NCBI RefSeq assembly: GCF_006345805.1
Contig: NC_042997.1
Location: 75,206,001-75,270,000, forward strand
Direction of reading: 5' to 3'
DNA: 64,000 nt
Origin: Octopus sinensis
Lineage: Eukaryota
Part shown: positions 36,324 to 48,633 of the stretch, one piece after another
Layout of the letters: each line of letters starts with the position of its first letter
How positions within the stretch are numbered: position 1 is the first letter of the stretch
Position numbers and translations under genes: made by a program
Notes under the pieces: generated by a model
What the model was told of the DNA's origin: nothing
What the model saw: the letters and a program-made list of their open reading frames with translations, nothing else
Databases searched by the model: none

Positions 36324-38580
36324 GTATGCAGCGCGAGCCGGCGTAAGTGCGTATGTGCGCGTGCCTGCGAGTATGCGCGTACGTATGTATGTGTGTGGAT
36401 GTGTGAGTGTGTCTGTGTGTATGTCTGGGTGGCAGTGTGTGCGATGAATGTATGTGAGTATGTGTGTATGTATGTGTGTGCATAGATGTATGTCCGTGTG
36501 TGTGTGTGTATGTGTGTGAGTGTGTATGTATGTACGTGTGGGTGTGGGGAAGTGTGTGTATGTGCATGTGTGTGCGCGTACATACAGGTGTGTGAGTGAG
36601 TGTGTGTGTGTGTATGTATGTGTGAGTGTGTATGTATGTGTGTGTCGGATGCATGTATGTGTATGGGTGTATGTATGCGTGTGTGTATGTGTATGTATGT
36701 GTACGTGCGTGTGTGTGTGTGTATGCGTGTAGGTGTGCGCGTGTGCATGCATGCATGCATGTGCGTATGTGTGTGTGTGTGTGCATGTGTGTGTGGGTAT
36801 ATATGTATGTGCGTATATGTGTGTGTATGTGCGTACATGTGTGTGTGTGTGTATGCATGTGTGTGTATGTAGGTGTGTAGGCGTGTGTGTATAGGTGTAT
36901 GTATGTAAGTATGTGTGGGTGTGTCCGTGTATGTGTGTGTATGTGTGTGTGTGTATGTAGGTGTGTGGGCGTGTGTATATGTGTGTGTATGTAGGTGTGT
37001 AGGCGTGTGTGTATAGGTGTATGTATGTAAGTATGTGTGGGTGTGTCCGTGTATGGGTGTGTCCGTGCATGTTTGTGTGTGTGTGTGTATGCATGTGTAT
37101 GTGGGTGTGTGTGTACGTGTGTAATGTATGTGTGTGTGCGTGTGTATGCGTGCGTGTGTGTATGTAGGTGCGTGTGTATGTGTGTGGGAGTGTAGGTGTG
37201 TGTGTGCGTGTGCGTGTTTATGTTGGTGTGTACGTATGTGAGTGTGAGTGTATGGGTGTTTGTCATGCATGTGTGTGCGCGTGCAGGTGAGTGTGTGTGT
37301 AAGTGTGTGTGTGTGTATGTTTGTGTGAGTGTGTAAGTGTGTATGTCTTTGTGTATGTATGTGCGTATATAGAGTATGTGGGTATGTGTGTATGTATGTA
37401 TATGGGTGTATGTATGTATGTGTGTGTGTGTGTGCATGTGTATAAGTATATGTGTGTGTGCGTATGTGTGTATATGTATATGTGTGTGTGTTTATGTATG
37501 TGTGTATGTATGTGTGTAGGCGTGTGTGTGTAGATGTATGTATGTATGGGTGTGTGTCCGTGTGTGTTTGTGTGTGTGTAGGTAGATGTGTGTGTCTGAG
37601 TGAGGGTATGGCTGTGTAGGTGTGTGTGTGTATGAATGTAAGTGTGTGTGTATACAAGTGTAATGTATGTATGTAGGTGTGTGTGTGTGTGTGTATGTGT
37701 ACGTGTGCGTGTGTATGTGTGTGTGTGTATGCGTGTGAGTGTGAGTGTGTGGGTGTATGTCTGTGTGTGTGTATGTCTGAAGTAGGTATGTATGTGTATG
37801 TATGTGTGTGTGTGTGTGTGTGCAGGTATGTGTGTGTATGTGTGTGTGTGAGTAGGTGTGCGTGTATGTATGTGGGTAGGGATGCATGCGAGTGTGTGGG
37901 TATGTATGCATACATACGTACGCGCACATCCGAAGCAAGCCCACACGCACAAAGCGCGCTCACGCACACAACGCACAAGCAGTACAACGCAAGCCCAAGG
38001 GGCCGACCAAGCCCCCAGCGCGCGCCAAGGCGCGCGAGCGCAAAGGCCCTCGAACGCCCCGCTACGCGGGAACCGAGGATCCATCAGCCAAAACCGGAAA
38101 GCAGAAAAGAGGGGGGGCTGCCTGGATGCAAAAAGGTGTATGTGTGTGTGCATTCAGTGTAAGGGTGTGCATGTGTGGGCATGTATGTATGTATGTGCCT
38201 ACATGTATGTTTGCATGTGTGTGTGTGAAGTATGTACGTGCGGTGTGTGTGTGTGTGTGAGTGTGTGTGTATGTATGTGCGTATGTATGTGTGTGTGTAT
38301 GTGTGTATGTATGTCTGTGTGTGTGTGTGTGTGTAAGTATGTATGTGTGTGCGTATGTATGTATGTGTGTGTGTATGTGCATGTTGGTTTGTATGTTAGT
38401 GTGTGCTAGTATGTCTGTAAGTGTGTGATTAAATGTGTGAATGTATGTACGTAAATGGGTCTGCGTATGTGTGTGTGTGAACAGGCGTGTGGGAGGTAGG
38501 TGGTTGGGTGTGTGGGAGGTAGGTGGGTGGGTGTGTGCGTGTGGGAGGCAGGTGGGTGTGTGTGTGTGGGTGGTGTGCCA
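36324..38580. repeat. Degenerate (GT)/(GTAT) microsatellite inside the PLE 3' region
   Basis: Lies between the ORF end and the 3' pLTR; interrupted by a GC island at about 37915-38135. Confidence 0.9.
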
Positions 38581-41500
38581 AAAAAAAAAAAAAAAAAAAA
38601 AAAAACAGATCTCAGGAGGAGGGGGCTGTGTTAAGTCCGTGTGGGGTGGTAGTTTGTAGGGTGAAGATGTAGCGTTGCTCCAAGTGGAGCCTGGAAAGTG
38701 GGCGACCTTGGTGGGGGGCGAGACCAAACACTGAGATGTCATCTAGGGAATGGCCGGCCGAACGGAAGTGGCGTGCGACGGGAGAAAGAGAGAGAGTAGG
38801 CGAACGTCCCTTAAGTGCTCAGTGAAACGGTCGGACAACCGGCGTCCCGTCTGTCCTACATACAGCATCCCGCATAGGTTGCATTTAATGCAGTAAATAA
38901 AGGCCAGACGAGGTGCACGTAAAAGAGTGCCTAATGCGTACAGTGTGCAGGTTGGAGCCGGTGACAGCGGTGGTGTTGGTGATGAAGGGGCAAGTGTTGC
39001 AGCGGGATCTAGAGCAAGGAATGATCCGTGTGGGGCTGAGGGGGAAGGAGAGAGGGTGCTGTGGACCAGGAGGTCACGCAGATTGCGGGCTCGTTTGAAA
39101 GAGGACAGGGGTAGGTTAGGGAAAATGGGGCGGGTGGGGGGATCAAGCTGGAGGCGACGGAAGGCACGTAGTATCTTGCGACGAAGGGGTAGGGTAGAGG
39201 GGTGGAAAAGGAGGGGGAAGGGGGTGCGGTTGGGGGGTGGGCGGGGGGAAGGAGACAGGCGGGGTAGTGCGGTCGATGCGACGGGCGCGGGTGAGGGCAT
39301 CAGAGAGGAGTATGGGTGGGTAACCTCGGAGTCTGAACATGCGGGCCAGGTATTGAGATTGGGTCTCGAAATCCTGGTCGCGGCTGCACAAACGTCGGAG
39401 GCGGAGGAACTGGGAGTAGGGGATGGCTCGTTTGGTGTGGAAGGGGTGGGAGGAAGAGAAGTTGAGATAGAGGTGGGAATCCGTAGGTTTAAAAAAGGCG
39501 GTGGTGGTGAGAGATCTGGGGGGGTGATCGATGCGGAGAGAGATGTCAAGGAAGTTGACAGAGGTGGGAGATGGTGGAGGTGAATTGAAGGGAGGGGTGA
39601 AAGTTGGAAAGGAAAGAGATGAATTGGCAGAGAAGTTCGGGAAAGGGAGGTGGCACCTACGCAGTCGTCGATATAGCGACCGTATAGTTCGGGGGTCGGC
39701 CCAGAGAACTGGGAGAACACTTGGGCCTCAATGTAGCCAAGAAAGAGACTGGCGAAATTGGGGCCCATCCTAGTTCCCATCGCGACCCCGGACACCTGTT
39801 GGTACGTTTCCCCGGCGAACGTGAAGCAATTGAGGGTGAGGACGAGCTCGGCCAAACGGAGAAGGTGTGGGGGTGCTGGGGGTGGGGTCGGGACGACGGT
39901 CGAGGAAGTGTTGGAGGGCTAGGAGACCGTCATTGTGGGGAATCACTGTGTACAGGGATTTTACATCTAAGTGAAGAGGAGGTGTGAGGGGCTGGAAGGG
40001 AAGGAAAAGGAATTGAAGAGACGGAGGGCGTGGTTGGTGTCGTGTATGTGGGATGGGAGGGCTGCGACTAAGGGGGACAGGATGCGGTCGAGGTATAGGG
40101 AGATGAGTTCAGTGGGGCAATTACAGGCAGAGACTATGGGACGGCCAGGATTAGAGGGTTATGGATCTTGGGAAGGAAGTAGATGGTGGAGGTGCGGGGT
40201 GTGCGGACGATGAGGTTGGTGGCGGTGAGGGGGAGAGCGGAGGAGGAGATGAGGTCGTGGATGGTGGAGGACACTCGTTGTTGGTAGGAGGAGGTGGGAT
40301 CGGAGGGGAGGAGGCGATAGAAGAGTGGATTTTGAAGCTGGTTGAGCGCTTCCTCCCTGTATAGGTCCGCGCGCCACACTACCACTGCCCCGCCTTTGTC
40401 CGCCGGTTTGATGACAATGTCATCACGACGGCGGAGGTGGCGAAGGGCAATGGATTCGGCCCGAGTGAGGTTGGCTCGGCGGGGTCTTGGTTCAAAGTTG
40501 AAACGGTGGACCAAAGCGTTGCAGTCATGTACAAACGAATCTAGGCTACTGAAAAGGCCTGGGGGCGGCGTCCAGATGGATGGACGACGCCCAGCTCCAA
40601 AAAGCAATCCTGATTGTTTTGACGCTGCGGGGACGCGTGGTAGTATGCGCGAAGTTTGAGGCGGCGCAGGAACAGGTTGACGTCCGCCCGAGTCTCGAAC
40701 TCATCACAGTGGCGCGTGAGTGGCGTGAAGCGGAGACCTTTACTGAGGAGGGAGCGCTCAGCGGCGGAGAGGGGGAGGTGGGGGGTATAGTGACAACAGC
40801 GCGAGGAAGCGGGGTGGTGGGAGGACTAGGGGCAGGCGGGAGGGGTGCAGGGGTGTGAAGGGGAGGGTAGGGGTGGTTGGGTGAAGATGGGTTAGGCGTA
40901 GGAAGGTCACGGTGGGGGGGGGTCCGTGGAAGGGTGGGGTAGGTGCGAAGGAGGGGGGGGAACAGTGGGGGAGGATGGGGAAGGGGGTGAGGGGTTGAGG
41001 AGGAGGTGGAGTTTTTTGTTTTTTGTGTGTGTGAGGTGGTTGTAGAGTTGGTGGTTGAGATTAAGAATGAAGCGGAGGATAGGTTGGGTGAAGAGTGGAG
41101 GGCAGAGGGCGGAGAGGAGGAGGTAGGCCTGGGGAAGTTGATGGTCGAGGGAGTCAAGGAGGGGGCGGGTGGAGCGGATGGTGGCGCGGAGGAGGGAGCG
41201 GGAGGTCCGAGCGAGGGTGGATTCGATGAAGGGGGAGGAATAGGGGGTAGCGTGGAACTTCAAGAGGAAACGCGGGGGTGTGACATGATGGCGGAGGCAC
41301 CGGCTAAGAAAGGAAAGATGACTAGAGTGGCGGGTTTTCTTAAAAAGCAAGCGGGAAAGTTTTATAGCAGGTGCGGAACATTGTGGGGGGAGAACGCGAG
41401 GTAGCGGCTGAGGAGGGATTGAAGGTGTTGGACGAACGAGTGCAAGTCAGGCATGATGAGAGGTGGTGGCAAACAGGTAAAGGTGGGTGGTGGCGAAGCA

Positions 41501-41873
41501 GGAAAAAGGAGAGACAACAGGAAAACAACGAAAGAAGAAAAAGGGGTGAAGACAGTTTGAAAACAATAGAAAAAAGTTGAAAAAAGTCAGGAAAGAGATT
41601 TGAGAGTCAACGGACAGATTAAGTAATGATTTTACATCACGGTAAGCGGTACTCCGGAAGAAGGTTGCAGGTGATCCGTAGGTCAGGAAGAATGGTAAAC
41701 AATAATCCGTAGGTGCAAAAAATCCGAGAGTTGGTATCCAAGGTACAGGGGTCCGTGTAGGCGCGCGCAGTGGTATAATTTTAATCCAAAAGGAAACAAA
41801 AAAAACAACAACAACAGGAACAATTACAGTATTATTATTAATAGGCGCTCAGGAGATGGAAGCAGGGAGGTAT

Positions 41874-41900
41874 GACGTTTCGAGCGGAGCTCTTCGTCGG
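41874..41900 (-). ncRNA. Minimal hammerhead motif, C4 variant (5' pseudo-LTR)
   Basis: Identical to 35577-35603. Confidence 0.65.
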
Positions 41901-42701
41901 AAACATAAAGAAGGAAGAGAGAGGAAAGAAAGATCCCAGAGCGGGCAACAGGGAAAGAGAAAAAAGACGACTGGTGTTTACGAGTTGCACATGTGAAAGG
42001 CGGATGTTGACGATAACAGAGCAAAGTGGGTTTTTTAAGGCAAAAGAGTGGAGACAAGGTTGGTAACCCAACAGATGTGTGTGTATGTGTGAGTGTGTGC
42101 ATGTGCGTGTGTGTATGTGTGTGTGTGAGGCGAGATGAGAAAACAAAAATATATGTGTGTGTTAGTGTGTGCGTCTGTGTGTAGGCGTGTGAGGTAGGGC
42201 GAGACTAGTGGTCAGCTAGCAGACGAGGTCAGTACTAAGAAAAAAGAAGGAAGGAGGAAGGGAGGTCAGTAGTAAGAAAAAGAAGGAAGGAGGAAGGGAG
42301 GGAGGGGAAGGGGTGGGGGCGTATGTAGCGTGCCAGCGTGTGTTGAGTAGTAGTGTGTGTGTGTGTCCAGTGTCGTGGTGGTATTAATGAGTAGATTGAA
42401 TGTGTGTAAGAGTGATGTATATATTAGGCAAGGTGTGTATATGTGTGCGCGTGTGTGTAACGAAAAAGGGGGGGGGGTTAAGGAAAAAGGACTCATGAGG
42501 GGAGGGGAAGATGGAAGAGTGGTTACCGCGGAGACAGGCGTGGAAAAACCCAACGACACGCGACGGTCCCAGGAACGGGCGGGAGGTCTCGTCAGGTCCA
42601 AGGGCGAGGTGTATGCGACGCATAATATAATATTATTAATATTATATATATATGTATATGTATAATGTCTGTATATTTATTTATGTGTATATATATATAT
42701 A

Positions 42702-42778
<77 letters not shown>

Positions 42779-42857
42779 ATATATAATATAATATATATAT
42801 ATATATATATATATAACATATATATAAGGAGAGACACAAATAAGAAAGAAGAAAACA

Positions 42858-43105
42858 AAGGACTACTGATGTGGTCACAGGAGTGTGACGAAAGAACTCT
42901 GGCCGAAAATAGATTAAGTTTAATGTAAAAAAAAATAAATAACTCTGAAGCAAAGTAACACCAGCTACAGACCTATCTACTCTGTCTACTTCTAAGAAAG
43001 AAGAAAGCAAAGGACCACTGCTGCGGTCACAGGAGTGTGACGAAAGAACTCTGGCCGAAATAAGATTAAGTTTAATGTAAAAAAAATAAATAACACTGAA
43101 GCAAA
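42858..43105 (+). repeat. ~151-bp tandem duplication, each unit with a hammerhead-like fold
   Basis: GGTCACAGGAGTGTGACGAAAGAACTCTGGCCGAAA occurs at 42873 and 43025. Confidence 0.85.
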
Positions 43106-43205
43106 GTAACACCAAATATATAGTGCGTGTGTTTCAGCCGTTCAATTGGCTAAACTGGCAAAATGACCATTCCGAAATACAACAATTTATTAATATATAT
43201 ATATA

Positions 43206-43270
<65 letters not shown>

Positions 43271-43350
43271 CATATACACACACACATACATACATACAAC
43301 ATACATACATACATACATACATACATACATACAAAACATACATACATAGG

Positions 43351-43689
43351 CTAGCAGAGATACCTGGCGTTTTTCGGGATTAAAATAGTATACTTCTTTA
43401 TTGTTTTACTTGTTGCAGTTATGTGCACCCTGCCTTGCTGGGGCACCTCCTTTAATCGATGAAATCGATCCCAGTATTTATCCTTTCTAAGCCCAGTACT
43501 TATTTTATCGGTGACTTTGGCCGAACTGCTAAGTTACGGGGACGTAAACACCATAACATCGGTTGTCAAGCGATGGTGGCGGTACAAAGACAGAGTGACA
43601 CACACACACGCAGAAATATACGGCAGACTTCTTTCAATCCCGGCATAAGAAGTCAACTCACAAGGCTTTGGTCAGCCTGAGGCTATAGT
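43351..43689 (-). mobile_element. Headless SINE body fused to a Helitron-like 3' end (second copy)
   Basis: Same two breakpoints as 21289-21618; CTAG here is followed by C rather than T. Confidence 0.55.
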
Positions 43690-43707
43690 ATATATGCATA
43701 TATATAC

Positions 43708-43783
<76 letters not shown>

Positions 43784-44347
43784 CATACATTGGCGCATCG
43801 TCTTCCAGTTATCTAAGAGAATTTCTAATCATTATTCTTCATTTAGGGATAGCAGTAAACGTTATAGCACAGGGCTAAGTAAATTGTTTTAGTATCTTAA
43901 AGACAACAATAAGGATTTTAAGTTAGATTGGTTCAACCTGTCCATATCTTTCCCGTATAATAAGGGCAGAGGATTTTGTAACATTTGCAACTCTGAACCC
44001 TTCCATATTCTCTTTTCAAAGAATCGCCTTGTTAACACACTTATAGAGCGATCTTGCAAATGTAAGCACTGGCAGAAACATACCTTTAGCTCATATGAGT
44101 GATTTTTACCAGTCTTTATAGTTTGAACATTTAGTTCAACTTGCACTTTACTTCAATAGAGAAATCTTCTTCCAAGCCTTTGAATATTTTTTCTTTATTT
44201 GTTCTCTACTTATTATTTCTTTACCCCTTCTCTTCCTAGGGTCTGCCTTTGACGTCGGATCTACTAACGGTTTTTTTTAATACTTAATAGCATATGTTTA
44301 TCATTTATGCAGTCATCAAAATTGTTATAATGTCTTGTTGAGATAGG

Positions 44348-44449
44348 TTCTCTTTCTTTCCTGATGAGAAGATTGCATTATTTTACACCGTTTATTCCTT
44401 TGGAATAAAACGAATGTTATCTTCGAAACATATGTCGAAAGTAAAAGAA
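44348..44449 (+). ncRNA. Canonical type I hammerhead ribozyme with extended helix II
   Basis: CTTTC(44356-60)-CTGATGA(44361-67)-GAAGAT...ATCTTC(44419-24)-GAAAC-ATAT-GTC(44434-36)-GAAAG(44437-41); all three helices pair. Confidence 0.88.
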
Positions 44450-44484
44450 TTTGAATAGCACCTGCGTTCAACTCCATTTATTTA

Positions 44485-44568
<84 letters not shown>

Positions 44569-44858
44569 TATGCTCAAATGGGAAGTAGTTAGACAGCCGA
44601 CAACTGATGAAGGGTCTTTTCTCTCTATATATCACGTTACTTACGTATTTAAGTCATTTGTTTATGTATTTCATGTTATTTGCCCAGTTGGTGGCGTCCT
44701 GTACCCGTATATGATATGTGCGTATGTATATAAATATATATATATTATTTATTTTATATATATATATAAATACATATACTTCTAATACAGGATAAAATTT
44801 TTTTCAAAAAAGTTCCATCAAAGTGGCCAGCATATTAGAATACCTTTAACGGTGAAAA

Positions 44859-45235
44859 TTATAAACAGTTATAAACAGGGGCAAAAGAAAAAAATATTTC
44901 TATCCCAATATGCTGAGAATAGACTTTAAATCATCAATCACCACATTACAATATACATTCACTATGAATACACATCATGCTGAAATCGAGGAAAACAAGC
45001 TAACAGAATTTTTTAAAATTCGTTATCTCTATATTGAATCAATTTCGGGATTAATCCAATGCATTTTCCCCTCTTCAGTAGAGATTGCGATAAGAAATAA
45101 ATGAAGTACTTACAAGCACCCATGGAATGTATATTGTAATGTGGCGATTGGCGATTTAAAGTCTATTTTCAGCATATTGGGATAGAAATATTTTTTTTGC
45201 CCTTGTTTATAATTGTTTATAAATACATACATACA

Positions 45236-45273
<38 letters not shown>

Positions 45274-45324
45274 TGCATGTATGTATGTATGTATGTATTT
45301 ATAAACAATTATAAACAAGGGCAA
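44859..45324. repeat. Nested foldback inverted repeats
   Basis: 44859-44960 pairs with 45125-45222; 45197-45240 pairs with about 45273-45324 around an (AT)n loop. Confidence 0.85.
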
Positions 45325-45335
45325 TATATATATAT

Positions 45336-45368
<33 letters not shown>

Positions 45369-46427
45369 TTCAAATAAAATCAAAAACAGAACACAAGGGA
45401 TGTCGCGGTACACGAGTTTCAAGCTTTATAAACGACCTGTTCTTACATCAGTGTATAATAGATATAAAAGATGGTTTAAAGCTCTCTTCAGCCGCATGCA
45501 TTGTTATTCCAAAGAGCCGCACCACACTATAAAAAATATGAAAAGTACATGTAGTATTACTCATAATAATAGGTACATCATACCTCGCTGAGAAAGTGTA
45601 TTTGTAAAATTTCATAACCAAATAGGCATGTAGGGGATCATTGGATTTCGAAAATCTGTCCATACTGTATCACAAGTCAATATAGAGTGAATGTTAAATA
45701 GATTTGAATGGGTTCATTCTTCTTGTAAGGAAAGAGAAATTAAGAGAAGGAAAAGGAAAAAGGAAGAAAAAAATAGGGAGAACATGGAGAGGAAAAAGAA
45801 ATAGATAGAAAGAATAGAGAGAAAAAAGAGAGATAAAATAGAGGGGAAATAGAGAGAACGAAAAGGGAGAAAAATAAGGAAGAGGAGAAAATAGAGAGAG
45901 AAAACGTTAAAGAGAGAAACAAGGTAAGAGGACATTGTAAGTAAAAGATAAGGGTAATAAAAGTAGTAACGCAATAGTAAAAATTCTAATATAAGGATAA
46001 TAATGTTAGAACCGCATATAAATATAAAATATTAGAACCACATATAAATATAAAAAATTAATTAGAGTAACAAAAAATAAAAATGTAAAATATAAAAAGA
46101 TATAAAATAATCGTAAAACAAAAGAATTAAGATAAAGAGATAGGATGCTAAAAGAGTTGAGAAAAAGATTTAGGTTTTGATGTGGTGGTAAGGGTCAAAT
46201 CACTTCAATTAATTATGCGTGAGCTATTTAAGAATGCATTGAGAACAGATAATATATATTGTTTCCGTTTTAAAATTTTAATTCATGACACGACTTTGGA
46301 AAACTAAGTAAACCATTTCTATTTAAGATTTTAAAGTATTCTAATAAGTTTTATTGCATTATATTGTATACTATATAACTACTGATTAATATGATTCTAT
46401 AATTATTTAGTTGTTGAACATATGTTA

Positions 46428-48078
46428 CTTAGTTAGTTAGTTAGTTAATTTGGCTCAAAAGCAAATAGCAAGGCCATGTAGGGGGACATGGAGTTAAGTT
46501 CAGGGTGGTGTTCATGTAAAGAGTTCAGGCCACTTGAGGTCCAGGGAGGCTTTGAACAAAGCGGTCGTCGGCATCTTCACCATCTCGTCTGGCAGCTTGT
46601 TCCACGGATCCGCAACCCGGACGGAGAAAGCTCCTCTCCTTCGATTGAGATGAAATTGTCGCAGGTAGAGCTTTTCGGAATGACCCCGCAGCCGACGCTC
46701 TGGAGCAGGAGTGAAGAACAGCTCTTTCGAGAGGTTACACTTTCCGCTTATGATGTTGTGGGCGAGAATGAGATCACCACGGCGGCGGCGTTTTTCAAGA
46801 GAATAAAGGTCGAGCGTCCTCAGCCTTTCTTCGTAGGACAAATTTTTGAGACCATAAACCATGCGGGTTGCCAGCTTCTGGACTCTTTCGAGATGCTGTA
46901 TGTCTTTGAGGAGATAAGGAGAAGAGGCTTGAATCCCGTACTCCAATATGGGTCTCACCAGCGTGACATAGAGTGGTAGGAATATGGCTGCTGTGAGCAT
47001 TCCGAATGACCGTCGAATCAAGAACAGAATTCCGCGTGCTTAGTTGGCAGCATGGACGCACTGGGCCGAAGGCGAAAAGGAGGAATCCACCAAGATACCC
47101 AGGTCCTCTCCAGCAGCAGACGACCCGGCTCGAAATCAAGTTGAGTTGCAGGAGGAGAGCCAACAGGCAGATGACAGCACTTTGACACGTTCAGACACAG
47201 GTCCCAATTGTTAGACCACTTCCAAATTTGGTGGAGGCATCGACGAAGATCCTCTATATCACCACGAGGAGCGACCAGTTTAATATCGTCGGCAAATAGA
47301 AGGGTGTGTTGCGTGAGGTCGTCGGGCAAGTCATTTATGAAGACTAAGAACAACAAGGGCCCAAGCACTGAACCTTGAGGCACGCCACTGCTCGCACTGG
47401 AGACGTCGGACCGCGAACCATTAACTTGGACTTGGAAGGAGCGATCTGAGAGGAAGGCACCAACCCATCGCACAATATCCGGATGGAAACTATATGGTTG
47501 AAGCTTGACAAGTAATAGGCGGTGGTTTACTGAGTCAAAAGCTTTGGCAAAGTCCAATAAAACGATGTCAACAGCATCACTATCATCGAGGATGCGCGTC
47601 ACCAATTCTTCCATTACCAGTAAGTTGGTCAAGCATGATCTCTTCGGCACGAAGTCGTGTTGGGAATCAGAGATAGAGGCTGTGTTTTGGAGGTGGAGCA
47701 TCATACTTTTCTTAAGGATGGTTTCGAACATCTTGCTGATTATTAATGTAAGGGAAACCGGTCGGTAGTTAAGCGGGTCTTCGCGGCTCCCTTTCTTGAA
47801 AATTGGGCAGATTATCGCTGTTCTCCAGTCCGCAGGTATAACACCCGTCGCCAATGACATATTGAATAGACGTGATAAGGGCTCGCAGATGACCGGAGCC
47901 AACGCTTTGATAACCCGTGGGTGTATGCCGTCAGGGCCGTGACCCTTGTTGACATCGAGGCCTTGAATAACACGTTTGACTTCGTCCCGCGTGATGACCA
48001 ATCGAAGCATTGGAGGTACCGATCTATCAAATGGAGGGGGTTCACGACCATCATCTTGTTTGAAAATAGTTGAAAAAG
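46428..48078 (-). mobile_element. 5'-truncated CR1/L2-group LINE (RT only)
   Basis: GPDGIHP, NYRPVSLT, LDFAKAFDSVNH, GVPQGSVLGPLLF, LFADDIK, YSLEKRRRRGDL; (CTAA)n tail at 46428-46446; one frameshift near 47100. Confidence 0.92.
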
Positions 48079-48210
48079 CCTATGTATATAATTAGTTGAA
48101 AATAGTTGAAAAAGCCTATGTATATAATTATTAGATTATAACTACGTTATTTGTAAGATATTACTTAACCAAAAAGATATATAGATCGTAAATAGTTATA
48201 CGGTTTTTAG

Positions 48211-48633
48211 GCGATCTTTCGTCTCTAGTAGACCTTTCCGTCGATTTCCGTAAAAAAATTTTTTTTTTACATATGGGCTTGCAGGAACTTTTGAAGTAAT
48301 ATACATACATATACACATACACCGAGTAAAAAATTTCAGTTATCTCTTTCTTTCACACATTACTCTGTCTCTTCACACAAACTAACAGAAGCACTTCACT
48401 TACACAACATACTGTCTGTCTCCCACACCCCATCAAACACACACACACACACACACATGTACATCAATGCATCCCCTGGACGGTAACTTCAAAAGAACTT
48501 CCCTCGTCATACAATAGCTTTCTCTTAGTCTCTTTCGCTCTCATTACTTCAAAAGTTCCCGCAAGCCCATATGTAAAAAAAAAAATTTTTTTACGGAAAT
48601 CAACGGAAAGGTCTACTAGAGACGAAAGATTGC
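48211..48633. mobile_element. MITE with ~90-bp TIRs
   Basis: 48211-48300 is the reverse complement of about 48541-48633. The internal segment 48322-48388 recurs inverted at 8848-8920. TSD unclear. Confidence 0.8.

Larger units (their letters stand above)
35482..42621 (-). mobile_element. Full-length Penelope-like element (Neptune-like), copy C, with direct pseudo-LTRs
   Basis: ~840-bp direct repeats at 35482-36323 and 41779-42621. ATG at 41454; KPADKGGAVVVW, GVAMGTRMGP, YGRYIDDC, YCIKCNLCGMLYVGQT; many single-base frameshifts. Confidence 0.92.

Noticed and set aside
44594-44615. CTGATGAAGGG hammerhead start
   Set aside because: No closing helix II or GAAA follows; at most a truncated remnant.
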